DNA of 63,109 nucleotides, filler included, from Octopus bimaculoides (GCF_001194135.2; 6 parts of 5 records of this genome joined end to end with filler, not necessarily neighbours in it), one strand, 5' to 3'. Positions 47,394 to 61,447 are shown, counted from the whole stretch's first letter. Notes: generated by a model not told the origin, from the letters alone. Numbers and translations are program-made.

Positions 47394-49079
47394 NNNNNNN
47401 NNNNNNNNNNNNNNNNNNNNNNNNNNNNNNNNNNNNNNNNNNNNNNNNNNNNNNNNNNNNNNNNNNNNNNNNNNNNNNNNNNNNNNNNNNNNNNNNNNNN
47501 NNNNNNNNNNNNNNNNNNNNNNNNNNNNNNNNNNNNNNNNNNNNNNNNNNNNNNNNNNNNNNNNNNNNNNNNNNNNNNNNNNNNNNNNNNNNNNNNNNNN
47601 NNNNNNNNNNNNNNNNNNNNNNNNNNNNNNNNNNNNNNNNNNNNNNNNNNNNNNNNNNNNNNNNNNNNNNNNNNNNNNNNNNNNNNNNNNNNNNNNNNNN
47701 NNNNNNNNNNNNNNNNNNNNNNNNNNNNNNNNNNNNNNNNNNNNNNNNNNNNNNNNNNNNNNNNNNNNNNNNNNNNNNNNNNNNNNNNNNNNNNNNNNNN
47801 NNNNNNNNNNNNNNNNNNNNNNNNNNNNNNNNNNNNNNNNNNNNNNNNNNNNNNNNNNNNNNNNNNNNNNNNNNNNNNNNNNNNNNNNNNNNNNNNNNNN
47901 NNNNNNNNNNNNNNNNNNNNNNNNNNNNNNNNNNNNNNNNNNNNNNNNNNNNNNNNNNNNNNNNNNNNNNNNNNNNNNNNNNNNNNNNNNNNNNNNNNNN
48001 NNNNNNNNNNNNNNNNNNNNNNNNNNNNNNNNNNNNNNNNNNNNNNNNNNNNNNNNNNNNNNNNNNNNNNNNNNNNNNNNNNNNNNNNNNNNNNNNNNNN
48101 NNNNNNNNNNNNNNNNNNNNNTATATGCACATATAAACGTGCGCACACATATATAACACGAACGCCTTCACAATAACTGTCTGTACCACCACTACCCCTG
48201 CCACTAGCGCCAACACCACCACTACCACCAATGACAACAATAACAAGAATGACTACAACAGCAACAACAACCTCTTCCCGACCAACATTTCCATAAAACA
48301 ACGACTTGCAGCAACACCAACCAAAAGCACCGCGTAACAACAATCATCGCCAGAAATTGAACCACAGCCACCCCTGCTTAGCCTACCCTACCCACCACTG
48401 CAGTGGCACTCCTTTATAAAACAGGAAATAAAATAATATAAAAGTACAAACACCAAACGAAGGGAATTTTCAAAAAGGAAAAAAGAATAATAATAATAAA
48501 AAGCAGAAAAGGGGGCGCAAAAAAAGAAAAAAAGGGCCCTATCATAATCATTGCTACTTTCTTTGTTCATTTTCGGTGATGTCCGATTGAGATGAGATTT
48601 CAGACGGTCTAAGCAGTAAGACTATTTATGAGACTAAGGTTGCGTTCACTGTGACTTCTTTCGTTTTTCAAAAGTCCCCGAAAATTGTTTCACTTTACTT
48701 TGATGAGTGAACAGACAGTCAGGCAGACCAGGCAGATCGTCAGGCGAAAAGGCAAGCAGGAGTGGTCGGTTAGCTGACTAGCTTGTCCTTGCTGTCTGGC
48801 TTTCTGGCTTTCTGGCTGGTATAATATAACCCTCATCTGTGTCACTTACACTCCACCTTCTAACATCACACTTTTCCACGTCTCTTCATCAGCAAACTTC
48901 TTTCTTCCACTCCATCCTTAACCCTTTCTTTGTTATATTCCAAATCTTCTTCCTTACGCTTCTCTCGCATCTTTTCAGTCTTTCTGCCACAGCTCAAGTA
49001 TTATCTTTTGTTTTTGTTTTGTTTCTTTGTAGTTTTTAAAACCCTCACTGGTTGGTTCTAATGTTGCTATTCTCGTTTG

Positions 49080-50095
49080 TGTAATTGTGGTAGTTAGCGT
49101 TGTTGTTACTGTTGCTATTGCCAATTTCGCTCTAGTGACTGTTTTAGCTGTTGTTGTTATTGTTGTTGTTGTTGTTGCTAGTGTGGTTGTTGTAGCAGTC
49201 GTTGATGTTGTAATACTTGCTGATGTGGCTGTTGTTGTTGTTGGTGGTCGTGGTGTTGGTGGTGCAGTTGGTTTTCTTTACATTGGTCTTAGAGACTCTA
49301 CAGTCATTGTTTTTTCTTCCGTCTACTATAGTAGGGGTGGCAGTGGCAATGAAGGTGGTGGTGGTGGTGCTGGTGCTGGTGCTGGTGTTGCTGGTGGTGC
49401 TGGTGCTGGTGCTGGTGNNNNNNNNNNNNNNNNNNNNNNNNNNNNNNNNNNNNNNNNNNNNNNNNNNNNNNNNNNNNNNNNNNNNNNNNNNNNNNNNNNN
49501 NNGCTGGTGGTGCTGGTGCTGGTGGTGGCGGCGATAGTGGCAGTGGTGGGGTTTGTGGTATTGTTGTCGTTAGGTGGTATATTGTTGTCTTTGCTAGTTT
49601 TGGTACTGATAGTGTTGACATTACCAGCGGTGATGTTGGTAGCGGTGACGGAATCGCTACCATTTTGATGTTGTGGCTGCTGTTGTTGTTGCTGTGGTTT
49701 TGGAGGTGGTGGTGGTGGTGATGGTCATCGTCGTGGTCGTCGTCGTTATCGTCGTGTAAAGTAGGAATGTTTTTGCTAAACTACAGCAAATTTCTACTCA
49801 AAGTTGTTCCAGTCCTGACCATCCCCTCCTTTTTTATACACCTAGGATACATAGTCTAATATAGCCTTCTCATTTTTTCAGACGATAGAATGTGATTTGA
49901 TAGAGATATGTAGGTTATTTATTTCAGGACCAGCAACCACAAAGAGTCTCTCGTTGATTCACTTGTTAGAGATGTTGATGATCGCAATAACGTTAATGAT
50001 GGTGGCGGTAATGGGTGGTGATGGTGGTGATGATGGTAATGATGGTGATGCTGATGATAGTGATGATGATGGTATTGGTGTTGGTGGGGAGGTTA
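49080..50095. repeat. Mosaic of (GTT/GGT/GCT/GAT)n low-complexity sequence
   Basis: Directly visible; includes (GGTGCT)n spanning a gap. Confidence 0.85.
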
Positions 50096-50206
50096 GAGGG
50101 TGGATCGATTTCAAGTATACCTCGATCTGTATTCACGAAGCAGTTCTATAGCATACACGTACTAGGCCAAAGGACTTGGAGCTATTCCACAGATTATGTC
50201 TTAACC

Positions 50207-50567
50207 CAGAGCTGGCCAGCCTGAGGCCCGCGGGCTGCGTGCGGCCCACAGACGTTTATCTTGCGGCCCGCAGATTTTTATCTTGCAGCCCGCTGGCTTA
50301 TTTAAACAATCATTTTTAAAACTTTATCAAAAATTAAAGATTGTAATGAAAAGTAAAAAAAAAAAGATGCTACTGTTTTTGCAACGATAATATTTCACGT
50401 TAAATCAACGATCATTCATCCATTATTGTAATAATAGCATGAGAAAGCAAAATGCTTTCAATTCTGTCAGCAGTGATTATTTGACTGTTATAAAGTATAC
50501 AAGCGGCCCTCAAAAAACTTTCTGTGATTGAAGTGGCCCGCAGTCTTATTCGAGTTGGCCAGCCCTG
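50207..50567. mobile_element. hAT-superfamily MITE, 361 bp
   Basis: TIRs CAGAGCTGGCCAGC / GTTGGCCAGCCCTG, an 8-bp TSD TCTTAACC / ACTTAACC (7 of 8 match) and sub-terminal GCGGCCC repeats. Confidence 0.85.
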
Positions 50568-51588
50568 ACTTAACCTAACTAGAAAATGTTTTAAAGAATC
50601 ATAAGGGTACAGTGAGATAGTCTGGAAATATTCCAATCTCTCCACTTTCCAGTTGAAGTTTCTACGCCTGCCCATACATTCTGGTTGTAGTCACATTGCG
50701 GAGGGGCAAGGCAGTCACGGTTAGAGCACCGAGAGTAATTAAATGTCTATTTCGATTTATTGAGATCTTTTCCGTTTGGCTCACAAAGTTCGGTTGATTC
50801 TTTTACGAAATTTCTACACAGATATAGCTTTGCATATTAAATACGAAAATTATATTCATTTCTTTCTAGTTACGTGGCGAAATTATAAAAAAAAATTACG
50901 AAATTTTAAAGATTTGAATTTTCAGTGTGTTTTGGGTCTCAAAAAGAAATGAATTAACTCCGTCACACGGCGTGCCGATTGTTAAGATTTCTGATTGCTA
51001 AAATTCACTAAAATTTCAATTTTTAACGGTCCGTTATTTTTTTTCTTTTTACTAATTTCTCAAAGGAGAAATTACTAATCATTAATTATTATAAATTATT
51101 AATTTATTAATTTCTCAAAACTTGATTATTTTNNNNNNNNNNNNNNNNNNNNNNNNNNNNNNNNNNNNNNNNNNNNNNNNNNNNNNNNNNNNNNNNNNNN
51201 NNNNNNNNNNNNNNNNNNNNNNNNNNNNNNNNNNNNNNNNNNNNNNNNNNNNNNNNNNNNNNNNNNNNNNNNNNNNNNNNNNNNNNNNNNNNNNNNNNNN
51301 NNNNNNNNNNNNNNNNNNNNNNNNNNNNNNNNNNNNNNNNNNNNNNNNNNNNNNNNNNNNNNNNNNNNNNNNNNNNNNNNNNNNNNNNNNNNNNNNNNNN
51401 NNNNNNNNNNNNNNNNNNNNNNNNNNNNNNNNNNNNNNNNNNNNNNNNNNNNNNNNNNNNNNNNNNNNNNNNNNNNNNNNNNNNNNNNNNNNNNNNNNNN
51501 NNNNNNNNNNNNNNNNNNNNNNNNNNNNNNNNNNNNNNNNNNNNNNNNNNNNNNNNNNNNNNNNNNNNNNNNNNNNNNNNNNNNNNNN

Positions 51589-51995
51589 GTGATTGTTTGG
51601 GAAGTTCCGGGGATTTTCTGGACTTCCGGGAAATATCCGAACACTTCCTGGAAATTTCAGAGAACTCCCTGGAAAATTCCGAAGAATTCCTGGGAAGTTC
51701 CAGAGGTTTTCCTGGAAAATTACGTGATTTTCATAAAGTTCCCCGGACTCCCTGGTAAGTTCTCGGGGGGTTCCTAAAATTTTCCGATGAATTCCTGGAA
51801 AGTTCCGAGGAGGATATTTGCTGGGAAATGTCACCCTGGAAAATTCCAGTGATTGTTTGGGAAGTTCCGGGGATTTTCTGGACTTCCGGGAAATATCCGA
51901 ACACTTCCTGGAAATTTCAGAGAACTCCCTGGAAAATTCCGAAGAATTCCTGGGAAGTTCCAGAGGTTTTCCTGGAAAATTACGAGGACTTCCTG
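51589..51995. repeat. Tandem repeat with a 260-bp period, built from GGAA/TTCC sub-repeats; extends into a gap
   Basis: 51589-51724 matches 51849-51984 (one indel). Confidence 0.9.
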
Positions 51996-52190
51996 GGAAG
52001 TTGTTGCAATTATAGACAAATACACGTATATCAAATGCCATAAAACAAAGTCTTAATGTAATGAAATTATCTCTGCTTCTAGATGATGTATCAAATTACC
52101 AAATGGCAATTGGGACCATTCTCAAACGAGAAGGGGAGATAATCTCGAGAATTTCCACGTTTCCATGTACGAAAATTAACTTGAAGCTAT

Positions 52191-52597
52191 ATCTTTTATC
52201 TTTCCTTCTGCTTGTCTCGGTCATTTGACTGCGACCATGCTGGAGCACCGTCTTGAAGAATTTTAATTGAACAAATCGACATTAGAACTTAGTTTTTGAA
52301 GCTCAGTGCTTATTCTATCGGATCTCTTTTGCCGAACCGCTACGTTACGGGCTGGTAAACGGTTGTCAAGCGGCGGTGGAGGACAGACATAGACACAGAG
52401 ATACATACACTTAGATATATACATATATACATATACGACGGGCCTCTTTCAGTTTCCGTCCATCAAATCCACTCACAAGTCTTTGTTCGGCTAGAGGCTA
52501 TAGTAGAAGTCACTTTCCCAAGGTGCCACGCAGTGAGACTGAATCCGGAACCATGTGGTTGAGAAGCAAGATTCTTATCACACAGCCATGCCTGCAC
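52191..52597 (-). mobile_element. SINE family A, full length
   Basis: Reverse complement aligns to 4478-4870. Confidence 0.82.
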
Positions 52598-53071
52598 TTA
52601 TAGTAGAAGATACTTGTCTAAAATGCTATGTAATGGGATTGAACCCGAACCTATAGTTATTACCACGTGACTACGCTTTGAAACAGATGAAATAAACGGG
52701 ACGGTCATAGCTAGAATTAATTACACCATTAATTGAGCAAGGCTGGCGGCGCTATCCAGTCCTGTAAGGCAATTCATCAAGGAGAAGGCCACTCCATATA
52801 ATCCTACAGCTTGTTAGTCACTGCAACCGTCTTAGCCGCTGAGCCAGTGTCGTCAGATATGCAAGTTTAAACAGTTGGATCGAATTACGTGAACTGACAT
52901 TCATTGTACAACAACTAAGCGTAGGTAGGAAGTGAAACGCAGCAGCGTCAAAGAACAGTTTATGTAGTCACTTCAGGGTGTAACGCTCTTCCTCCTGATT
53001 TTGAGACACAAAAACTGCCATCAGTGGAGCAAGGAGGTAACAACAACAACAACATCTTCAACAGCAAGCTA

Positions 53072-53290
53072 TACGTGGTATTGATGAAAAGTTCCCGACT
53101 TTGTGTTAAAAAAAATACAGGAAGATCAGTTAAATATGATTTTATTCAACATATTCCCCTCTCAGATTCACATGTATTGCAGCGGTCTTCCGCTTTTTCT
53201 AAGCCCTGTAAAGGAACTCGGAAGGTTGGGTCTCCAGCCAGGCGTTTCGCGATGCCCAAAAGGCCAGGAACTTTTCAGCATCCCCTCGTA
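53072..53290 (-). mobile_element. Tc1/mariner non-autonomous element
   Basis: TIRs TACGTGG..TTGATGAAAAGTTCC / GGAACTTTTCAGCATCCCCTCGTA with TA ends. The interior retains a mariner C-terminal relic (LQGLEK..DRCN..., GEYVE* after a frameshift). Confidence 0.75.
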
Positions 53291-54124
53291 TGTCACAAAA
53301 CAATACCATACCGCATAACACGAGAGAGCATCAAACACGATAAAATATAATTGCATAACAACAAAATAACATATGAAAAAAAAACATGAAAAATAAACAC
53401 ATCTCACAACACAATTGACAAGAAAGTATTAAGAGAATGCAAATTACAGACATATGAAGAGTTTATCAGATGAAGAATGTCATTTAGAATGTTCCAAGAT
53501 AAGACGTTTCTGGATAGGCTGTTGTTATTGTTGTTGCTGCTGTCGTCGTACGAACTATTTATATTTGGTATTGGTTCCTTGATGTTGTTTGTCCTTGCAG
53601 TTGTCGTTCTTAGTTTCATAGTAATCATTGCAGTTGTATTTATTGTTGCATTTGTTATTGTTGTTGTTGTCCTTCTTCTTCTTCCTCTTGTTCTTGTTGT
53701 TGTCAATGTTATCTTTGCTACAAGCAAAAATAAGTTGTCATTATATTATTGGAGTTGTTGTTTACTTGATATTTCAGGAGATTTGAACTTGTTATTTATC
53801 CAAAGTGTTAGAAAAGAATGCCGAGTGGAATTTAATAGTTCCATTTCTTTAGGTCGCGATTTCAAATCCCGCTGAAATCCTTAACATCATTTACTCTTTC
53901 TGAAACGATGGAAAAAAGACGCTAATTTAAGTCATTGATTCTTTTTAAACAACTGTCCTCCATTCATGTAGCTGCAATATGCATGAAGTTCGAGGTACCT
54001 CTATTAATACAGTGCCGTACCAATATTTATGCGGGTACCTCAGGCTGGCTTCACCGATGTTGAAGAATCTACGAAGCTACATATCATATTACCTTGATAA
54101 ATACATGGATGAGACAGTATTCCT

Positions 54125-54330
54125 ACATGGTCTATCGGTCTGCTAGAAATAACAGCCAAATCTCACATTACACAGAACCGTCTTAGAAAAAAAGAACTCT
54201 TTGGTTAACATCATCCTGCTTGTACATTGCCTTGGGAAAATGGTTTAAATGATCACGATTGGCTGGTTATACATTTCATAATAAGTCTGTTTGATCAGGA
54301 TTGGCCTGGCGCTAAACAACCACCACAACA
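54125..54330 (+). mobile_element. SINE-like repeat, 3' portion
   Basis: Contains CTAGAAATAACAGCCAAATCTCAC (the same motif as the ZNF first-exon units) and ends GGCGCTAAACAACCACCACAAC. A related tail is on the minus strand near 21865-21900. Confidence 0.4.
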
Positions 54331-55022
54331 GCATATAACTTCTAAATTCATGAGGGATCAGACAATACGTGTACAAAATTTTACCTAGGTATTCTCCGCG
54401 CACCTTCGACTACCGTATTAAAAACAACATTACTGTTCTTGTTGCGTATTAATCATTTAGGAATTCAAACATCTAATGGGCATTAAGTTGTAAACCTAGC
54501 AAAACAGAGAAAAAAAAGAAGCATCCATTATTAAGCTGTCTGAAGTTTACTATCTGGAAAATAGGTAGTAATCCCACGTGATGATGAAGAGGATGGCACT
54601 TACGCTTAAAAATAACTCATCCGAGATAAGAAAAAAAAATTAGAAGGGAGAAGTATAAAACAAACTTTCCTTCAACAGACGAAATAAAATGTTTGATATG
54701 ATCAAATTTAGCATTCAAATTTTTTAATAGATTTTTTTGCAAATAATATGAAAATACAAGAAATTTTGTTTTCCGGTAAATTGTGATAACTTTATAGTTT
54801 TTAATTTTTAAATTACTTGTGTCTTTTAGAGTTCCTTTCTCGGTTTTTTTTTTTTTTTTTTTTNNNNNNNNNNNNNNNNNNNNNNNNNNNNNNNNNNNNN
54901 NNNNNNNTTAATTAATTAANNNNNNNNNNNNNNNNNNNNNNNNNNNNNNNNNNNNNNNNNNNNGGAAGTATTTCAGTGGTGCCTTACATCCACAATAATA
55001 ATAATTATAATAATAATAATAA

Positions 55023-55208
55023 TCTTTTCTTCTATAGGCACAAGGCCTGAAATTATGGGGGAGGGGGTCTAGTTAATTACATCGACCCCCAGTGTTTCAC
55101 TGGCATTTAATTTATCGACCCCCAAAAGAATAAAAGTCAAAGTTGATGTCAGTGGTGTGCTAACGATTCGGCCAGCTTGCCACCTTAACGATGATGATGA
55201 TGATGATG

Positions 55209-55249
<41 letters not shown>

Positions 55250-55350
55250 TTCTAATTATAGTAAAAGGCCAGAAATTTGAAGGGAAGGGGACAAATTGAT
55301 TTCACCCAACCCTAGAATTTGGCTGGTACATTATTTTTTCGACCCCACCC
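55023..55350 (-). mobile_element. Two SINE family E copies (55023-55186 deleted; 55245-55350 3' part) separated by (GAT/TAA)n
   Basis: Both align to 39908-40121. Confidence 0.7.
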
Positions 55351-55534
55351 CCAAAATAAGGATAGTAGTAGTAGTAGTAAAGAAGACTGAAAAGATTAGG
55401 CAGTTTGAAAGGTGGTCATTTTTTTTTTATATCCCTTTCCATGTTTTTATTGTTAAGTTTTGATATTCAGTTCGGACTTGCTCTCATGCATGCAGGCAAA
55501 CACGCAGACACATACGTAGATACACAGACACACA

Positions 55535-55572
<38 letters not shown>

Positions 55573-56177
55573 CATACACACACACGTGTGCCACATGGCA
55601 GACACACACTGATGCAACACATACACTTAGAGATGTTTCTTTCCTCAGTTGTCTGCTCCTGTGTCATAGATGACTAAAGTTCGATACGCCGGTGCACACA
55701 GTATGCATAAAGCATATTAAGTGCGTATATATGTTTATGCATTTGTCTGTATGTGAGTGCATCTGCGTGTATGTGTATGTGTGTATGCGTGTGTTTGTGC
55801 ATGCGTATGCTGCTCTCCTCTTTGGTCTGCCATTAACACCACCACATCTCACGCGCTGCTTTCGATATGGTTGTTGTTTTTCGTCTCTAGTTGAGCCTGC
55901 ATCTTTGTTAACATAGCTTGCATCCGTTGTATCTGTAAAGATTCAACAGAAAGAAAAAATATAAAAAGGGGTTTTCTTTTAGTAAAATAATTCTTTAATA
56001 ATTACAGAATGAAAGATAAATATTAGCCATTTAAAAACACACACACACACACACACAAAAAAAAAAACTGTCAACTTCACTTGATCATTTCTTATTTGAT
56101 GTCAAAATTTTCATCACTGCAACCTGGTCACTGACACAATTTCACAGCAATTGGTCTGAGATGAGACTATAGGTCAG

Positions 56178-56379
56178 TATACACATACACCTCAAAAATA
56201 AATAGACACTGCTCATTAGTATGATGCCCCAAGAGGAGTAAATCATTAAAAACTAGACAAGACATGTCTATTAAATACTAGATTAAGTATTTTAAAGCAT
56301 CAAATGATACTATTTTGTTTAGAAATAAGTCTTTCTAAAATGATGGTGTCTATTTATTTTCGAGGTGTCTGGGTATATA
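56178..56379. mobile_element. Tc1/mariner-type MITE
   Basis: Inverted repeat ACACCTC(A/G)AAAATAAATAGACAC (24 bp, 1 mismatch) with TA at both ends. Confidence 0.55.
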
Positions 56380-57384
56380 CAGGCTTTAGAGTTCTGAATA
56401 TATTTTGTCTCCTTCTCATCTCCACGGTTCAGTGATTCTGGCTGTCATCATCTGGTGCTCACAGAAGGTCAGTTCATTTGGCTTTTGGTTGAAATTCATG
56501 TACCCTCTTTTTCTCCCTTCTCTCAGAGTAAGGGCTGTTGTGGGGACGAGGGCTCCTTTGGCATTATACTGCACAGCAGAATATATATATATATATATAT
56601 ATATCCATCCATGCATATACACACATATTAGTGCATCATGTTCAAATACATATTATGTGTGTGTGTGTGTGGCTGTATAAATGTTTACATTGTGCACTGA
56701 GCTATAAACAGTGATGGTTGGTGATATTTTTCCTGTAAACAAATCATCTGCTAGCTCTGCGCTTTCAAATATGAGTGGAATAAATAGTCCATTAATTAAA
56801 AAAAAACAGGTAAAGGTTAGTGACAAGTAGAACATCCAGCTGCAAAACAATGTAATCATCTGATCCATGCTAGCATAGAAACATAGGTATAAAATTAATC
56901 ATCATTATTTAACCTCCATTTTCCATGCTGATATATATATACACAAACACACACACACACATATATACATACGCAAACACACACACATATATATATATAT
57001 AATGAGGGGTATGTTTTCATACAATACACTTTACCAGAAGTTTTTGACTCAGGCCCAACAGAACTTTCCACTCCTAAGTTCTTGTTTTATTAACCAAGTA
57101 ACCAAAGCAAAGATGATACTGTGTAGACTGAGATATCCCTGTTAACAAGCCCCCTGATATTTAAACTAGTGTTAACATTTATAGCATGCAAATCAGTAGC
57201 TCCAGAAAACTGGAGCTACTGCAATTGTCAGGTATATAAACAGATTGGCTGATTGTTCATATATCTATCTATCTATATATATATATATATATAAATACAT
57301 CATATAGTATATACCTGTTAGCTTACCAGTAAAGCATGTTCACTTTCATACACACACACACACATGCATCGATAGATAGATATA

Positions 57385-57515
57385 TAGGCACAAACACAGT
57401 TAAGAAGTTCAGTCCCTTGTGTGGCTCCTTGAGCAAGTTTCATCTCCTATAGCCCTAGGCTGACCAAAGCCTTCTAAGCGCATTTTGTAGATGGGAACTG
57501 AAAGAAGCCTATCTT
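57385..57515 (+). mobile_element. SINE family A, 5' half, degenerate
   Basis: TTCAGTCCC...GACCAAAGCCTT...GAACTGAAAGAAGCC. Confidence 0.6.
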
Positions 57516-58062
57516 TGTATATGTGTGTGTATGTGCATGAGTGTATGTGTGTGTGTGTGTGTGTGTACGTGTCTAAGAGTTTGTTTACATTTGTGTGCTG
57601 TGTGAAAGTCATTATGTGTTGTGCTGTTGGTCACTGCTCTTGTAAACAAATTGTTTACTTGCAGCTTGTGTTTGTAGATATGAGAGATACGAGTTCCTTT
57701 ACCTGACAAACAGGTAAAAGTTACGAACAGAAAGAGAACACGGTTGTATAAACAATGCCTTGATAATATATCCATCTGACTCATGCAAGCACAGAAAAAA
57801 TAGATGTTAAAAATGAATGAATAAACAAACAGTATATAAAAGAATTCTCTTGAGACATTCATCAAAAGCCCTCTTGATACTCAGAGTTCTACATTCAAAG
57901 TAGCATCACCATATTCCTATGAACTGGTAACAAAAAGAATATATACTGTCATATATTCTTTGAGGTAATTTATTGTAAGTACAGAGTATATGACCTCTTC
58001 ATTTACTGTATTCACGGCAGTAAAAAACCCAAACAAATAACCCCCAGTTAATAGCTTCTGTT

Positions 58063-58107
<45 letters not shown>

Positions 58108-59484
58108 ACACGTGCTGTTGGTGATTTCTTTCCCATCTTTGGACTTTTCCCTTTCTCCTTTCCAACAATGAGCGATGCTTGAAACGTTAGAAGTTCTCTC
58201 TTTTTACAGAGCGTCAAACTAATACATTCCTTGTGCACATCTTCGTTGTCTGCTGTTGTTAATTTTATTGTTCATTTATTTGAATTGACTATATAAGTAT
58301 ATATATAAAACAAACTTATTTTATTCTGCATGGGGAGAAATATAGGAAAAAGNNNNNNNNNNNNNNNNNNNNNNNNNNNNNNNNNNNNNNNNNNNNNNNN
58401 NNNNNNNNNNNNNNNNNNNNNNNNNNNNNNNNNNNNNNNNNNNNNNNNNNNNNNNNNNNNNNNNNNNNNNNNNNNNNNNNNNNNNNNNNNNNNNNNNNNN
58501 NNNNNNNNNNNNNNNNNNNNNNNNNNNNNNNNNNNNNNNNNNNNNNNNNNNNNNNNNNNNNNNNNNNNNNNNNNNNNNNNNNNNNNNNNNNNNNNNNNNN
58601 NNNNNNNNNNNNNNNNNNNNNNNNNNNNNNNNNNNNNNNNNNNNNNNNNNNNNNNNNNNNNNNNNNNNNNNNNNNNNNNNNNNNNNNNNNNNNNNNNNNN
58701 NNNNNNNNNNNNNNNNNNNNNNNNNNNNNNNNNNNNNNNNNNNNNNNNNNNNNNNNNNNNNNNNNNNNNNNNNNNNNNNNNNNNNNNNNNNNNNNNNNNN
58801 NNNNNNNNNNNNNNNNTATATATATATATATATGTATATGTATGTATGTATATATTTAATATAGTTATTTGAGAAGGAAAATAAAGAGAAATTAAGTCTG
58901 AAAGTTACAGGAGACCAATAAGTCAACAGTTCAAACAGTAAGAACAAAAAAATGTAGATTCACTAACATTCAATAGAATAACTAACAGAAACATAGCAGA
59001 ATTACTTCATGTACCAAAGAGACATGCTTAAAATTGAATGAGACAAAGGCAGGAAACAATAAAAACAAAAATAATTAAATAAATGAATAAATAAAAAGGA
59101 AGAAAAAAAAACAGAGCAGAGAAGAATGAAGTCCCATTTCTTATGTGAGGTTTATAAAAACTTAATAATAGAAACTAAGTTTTAAACAGATGCAGTGGAA
59201 GTCTGTCAGTGAGGATAAGAAAATAACTTCAAGTGGAGAATGTAGCTGAGTGCTACTTACGAAGAATGATACCAGTAACATGCACTGATTTCACTCATCT
59301 GCACATACATACATATACATACATACATACATACATATATATAAGATGGAAAAAGTTGCCAGCAGACAGCTACAGGACTTGAAGCTGTATTCCTCAGATA
59401 CTGGCTTGAGTACTACTCTACCATTAAACTAAACAGCCCACTGACAACAATCACTGTCAATTCTAACTACTGAAAATTGAGATT

Positions 59485-59584
59485 GAGCGAGCTTTTGCCC
59501 TTTTGCTCGTTATGGGGACGTAAACACACCAACATCGGTTGTCAAGCAATGGGGGAGGGTGAGCAAATATGGATACACAAACTT

Positions 59585-59631
<47 letters not shown>

Positions 59632-60003
59632 CACAACAGGCTTCTTTCAGTTTCTGTCTACCAAATCCACTCACATGGCTTTGGTCGGCCTGAGGCTATA
59701 GTAGAAGACACTTGTCCAAGGTGCCACACAGTAGGACTGAACCTGCAACCATGTGGTTGGGATGCAAGCTTCTTACCACACAGCCACTCCTGCGCCTGTA
59801 TACACACCTATCGCTTAACAACCGATGCTGGTGTGTTTATGTCCCTGTAACTGAGCAGTTCGGCGAAAGACGCCAATAGAATAAGTACTAGGCTTACAAA
59901 GAATAAGTCCTGGGGCTGATTTCTTTGACTAAAAAAAAACCCTTTAAGGCGGTGTTCCAGCATGGCCGCAGTCAATTGACTCAAACAAGTAAAAGATTAA
60001 AAG
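59485..60003. mobile_element. SINE family A pair: minus copy 59485-59796 and plus 3' half 59810-60003
   Basis: Both align to 4478-4870, in opposite orientations. Confidence 0.8.
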
Positions 60004-61310
60004 AATATGGGAAGTGCAACTGTCACTAGTTTTAAATGAGTTTCTATCAAAGATTTTCCTTTTGTTGCGAGTTGACTGGCAAATGCTTGACTGTTAAGGC
60101 TACAAACTGCTCACCTAACACACACATGCGCACAATACACATCTAACTCATGCACGCACACTAAATCATGTACATACATACACACACACACACACAACAC
60201 AATACCAGTGAAATACTGCAACAGATTAGTCCCTGTTGGTTCAGTAATAAAAGCTTCGGATCTTTTTTAAAACGGGGGCCACATTTTTCATTAATGTTTT
60301 ACGTAGTGTTTTTGGTACCGAAAGACTTTCAAACTTCGTATACTTATCTATTTTGTGTTATAGAACAGAAAAATATTTTTGTATTCGAATTTATTTCATG
60401 TAAAAAATTGTCTTATTTNNNNNNNNNNNNNNNNNNNNNNNNNNNNNNNNNNNNNNNNNNNNNNNNNNNNNNNNNNNNNNNNNNNNNNNNNNNNNNNNNN
60501 NNNNNNNNNNNNNNNNNNNNNNNNNNNNNNNNNNNNNNNNNNNNNNNNNNNNNNNNNNNNNNNNNNNNNNNNNNNNNNNNNNNNNNNNNNNNNNNNNNNN
60601 NNNNNNNNNNNNNNNNNNNNNNNNNNNNNNNNNNNNNNNNNNNNNNNNNNNNNNNNNNNNNNNNNNNNNNNNNNNNNNNNNNNNNNNNNNNNNNNNNNNN
60701 NNNNNNNNNNNNNNNNNNNNNNNNNNNNNNNNNNNNNNNNNNNNNNNNNNNNNNNNNNNNNNNNNNNNNNNNNNNNNNNNNNNNNNNNNNNNNNNNNNNN
60801 NNNNNNNNNNNNNNNNNNNNNNNNNNNNNNNNNNNNNNNNNNNNNNNNNNNNATCTATGTACATATGTGTGCATGAATTTGTGTGTGTGTGTATATATGT
60901 ATGTATGTATATATATATATATGTGTATATATGTATATATATATATATATATACATATATATATACATACATATATATATAATACATATACATACTTAGC
61001 TATACAGTATATATATATATATATATATTTATATCTATACATGCGCACACATATATATCTATGTATGTATTTGTATATATATACATATATATATACATAT
61101 ATATATATATGTATGTATGTTTTATGTATATATGCATGTATGCAAGTATGTATACATGCATATATATGAAGGCCGAGTGTCAGTCGCATATATTTGGCAT
61201 GTGAGAAACTTCTTTCTAAATTAGTTTTTGAACCTTGAACTTTTATTATTTGAATGATAAATTCATTCTCTGAACTTTAAATATGTCTTTCTCAATTCTA
61301 TCTCCTCACA

Positions 61311-61447
61311 GGGCACAGGCACAGTAAGAAGTTTACTTCCCAACCACAGGCTTTTAGGTTCAGTCCCACAGCATGGCATCTTGGACAAGGGTCTTCTACT
61401 ATAGCACTGAGCCCAGCCAAAACCTTGTAAGTTGATTTAGTTGACAT
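61311..61447 (+). mobile_element. SINE family A, 5' half
   Basis: GTAAGAAGTTTACTTCCCAACCAC...GGTTCAGTCCCAC...TCTTCTACTATAGC. Confidence 0.65.

Noticed and set aside
50700-51130. DNA-transposon-like AT-rich segment next to the 260-bp repeat
   Set aside because: No TIR or TSD is visible and the other end is in a gap, so it cannot be classified.
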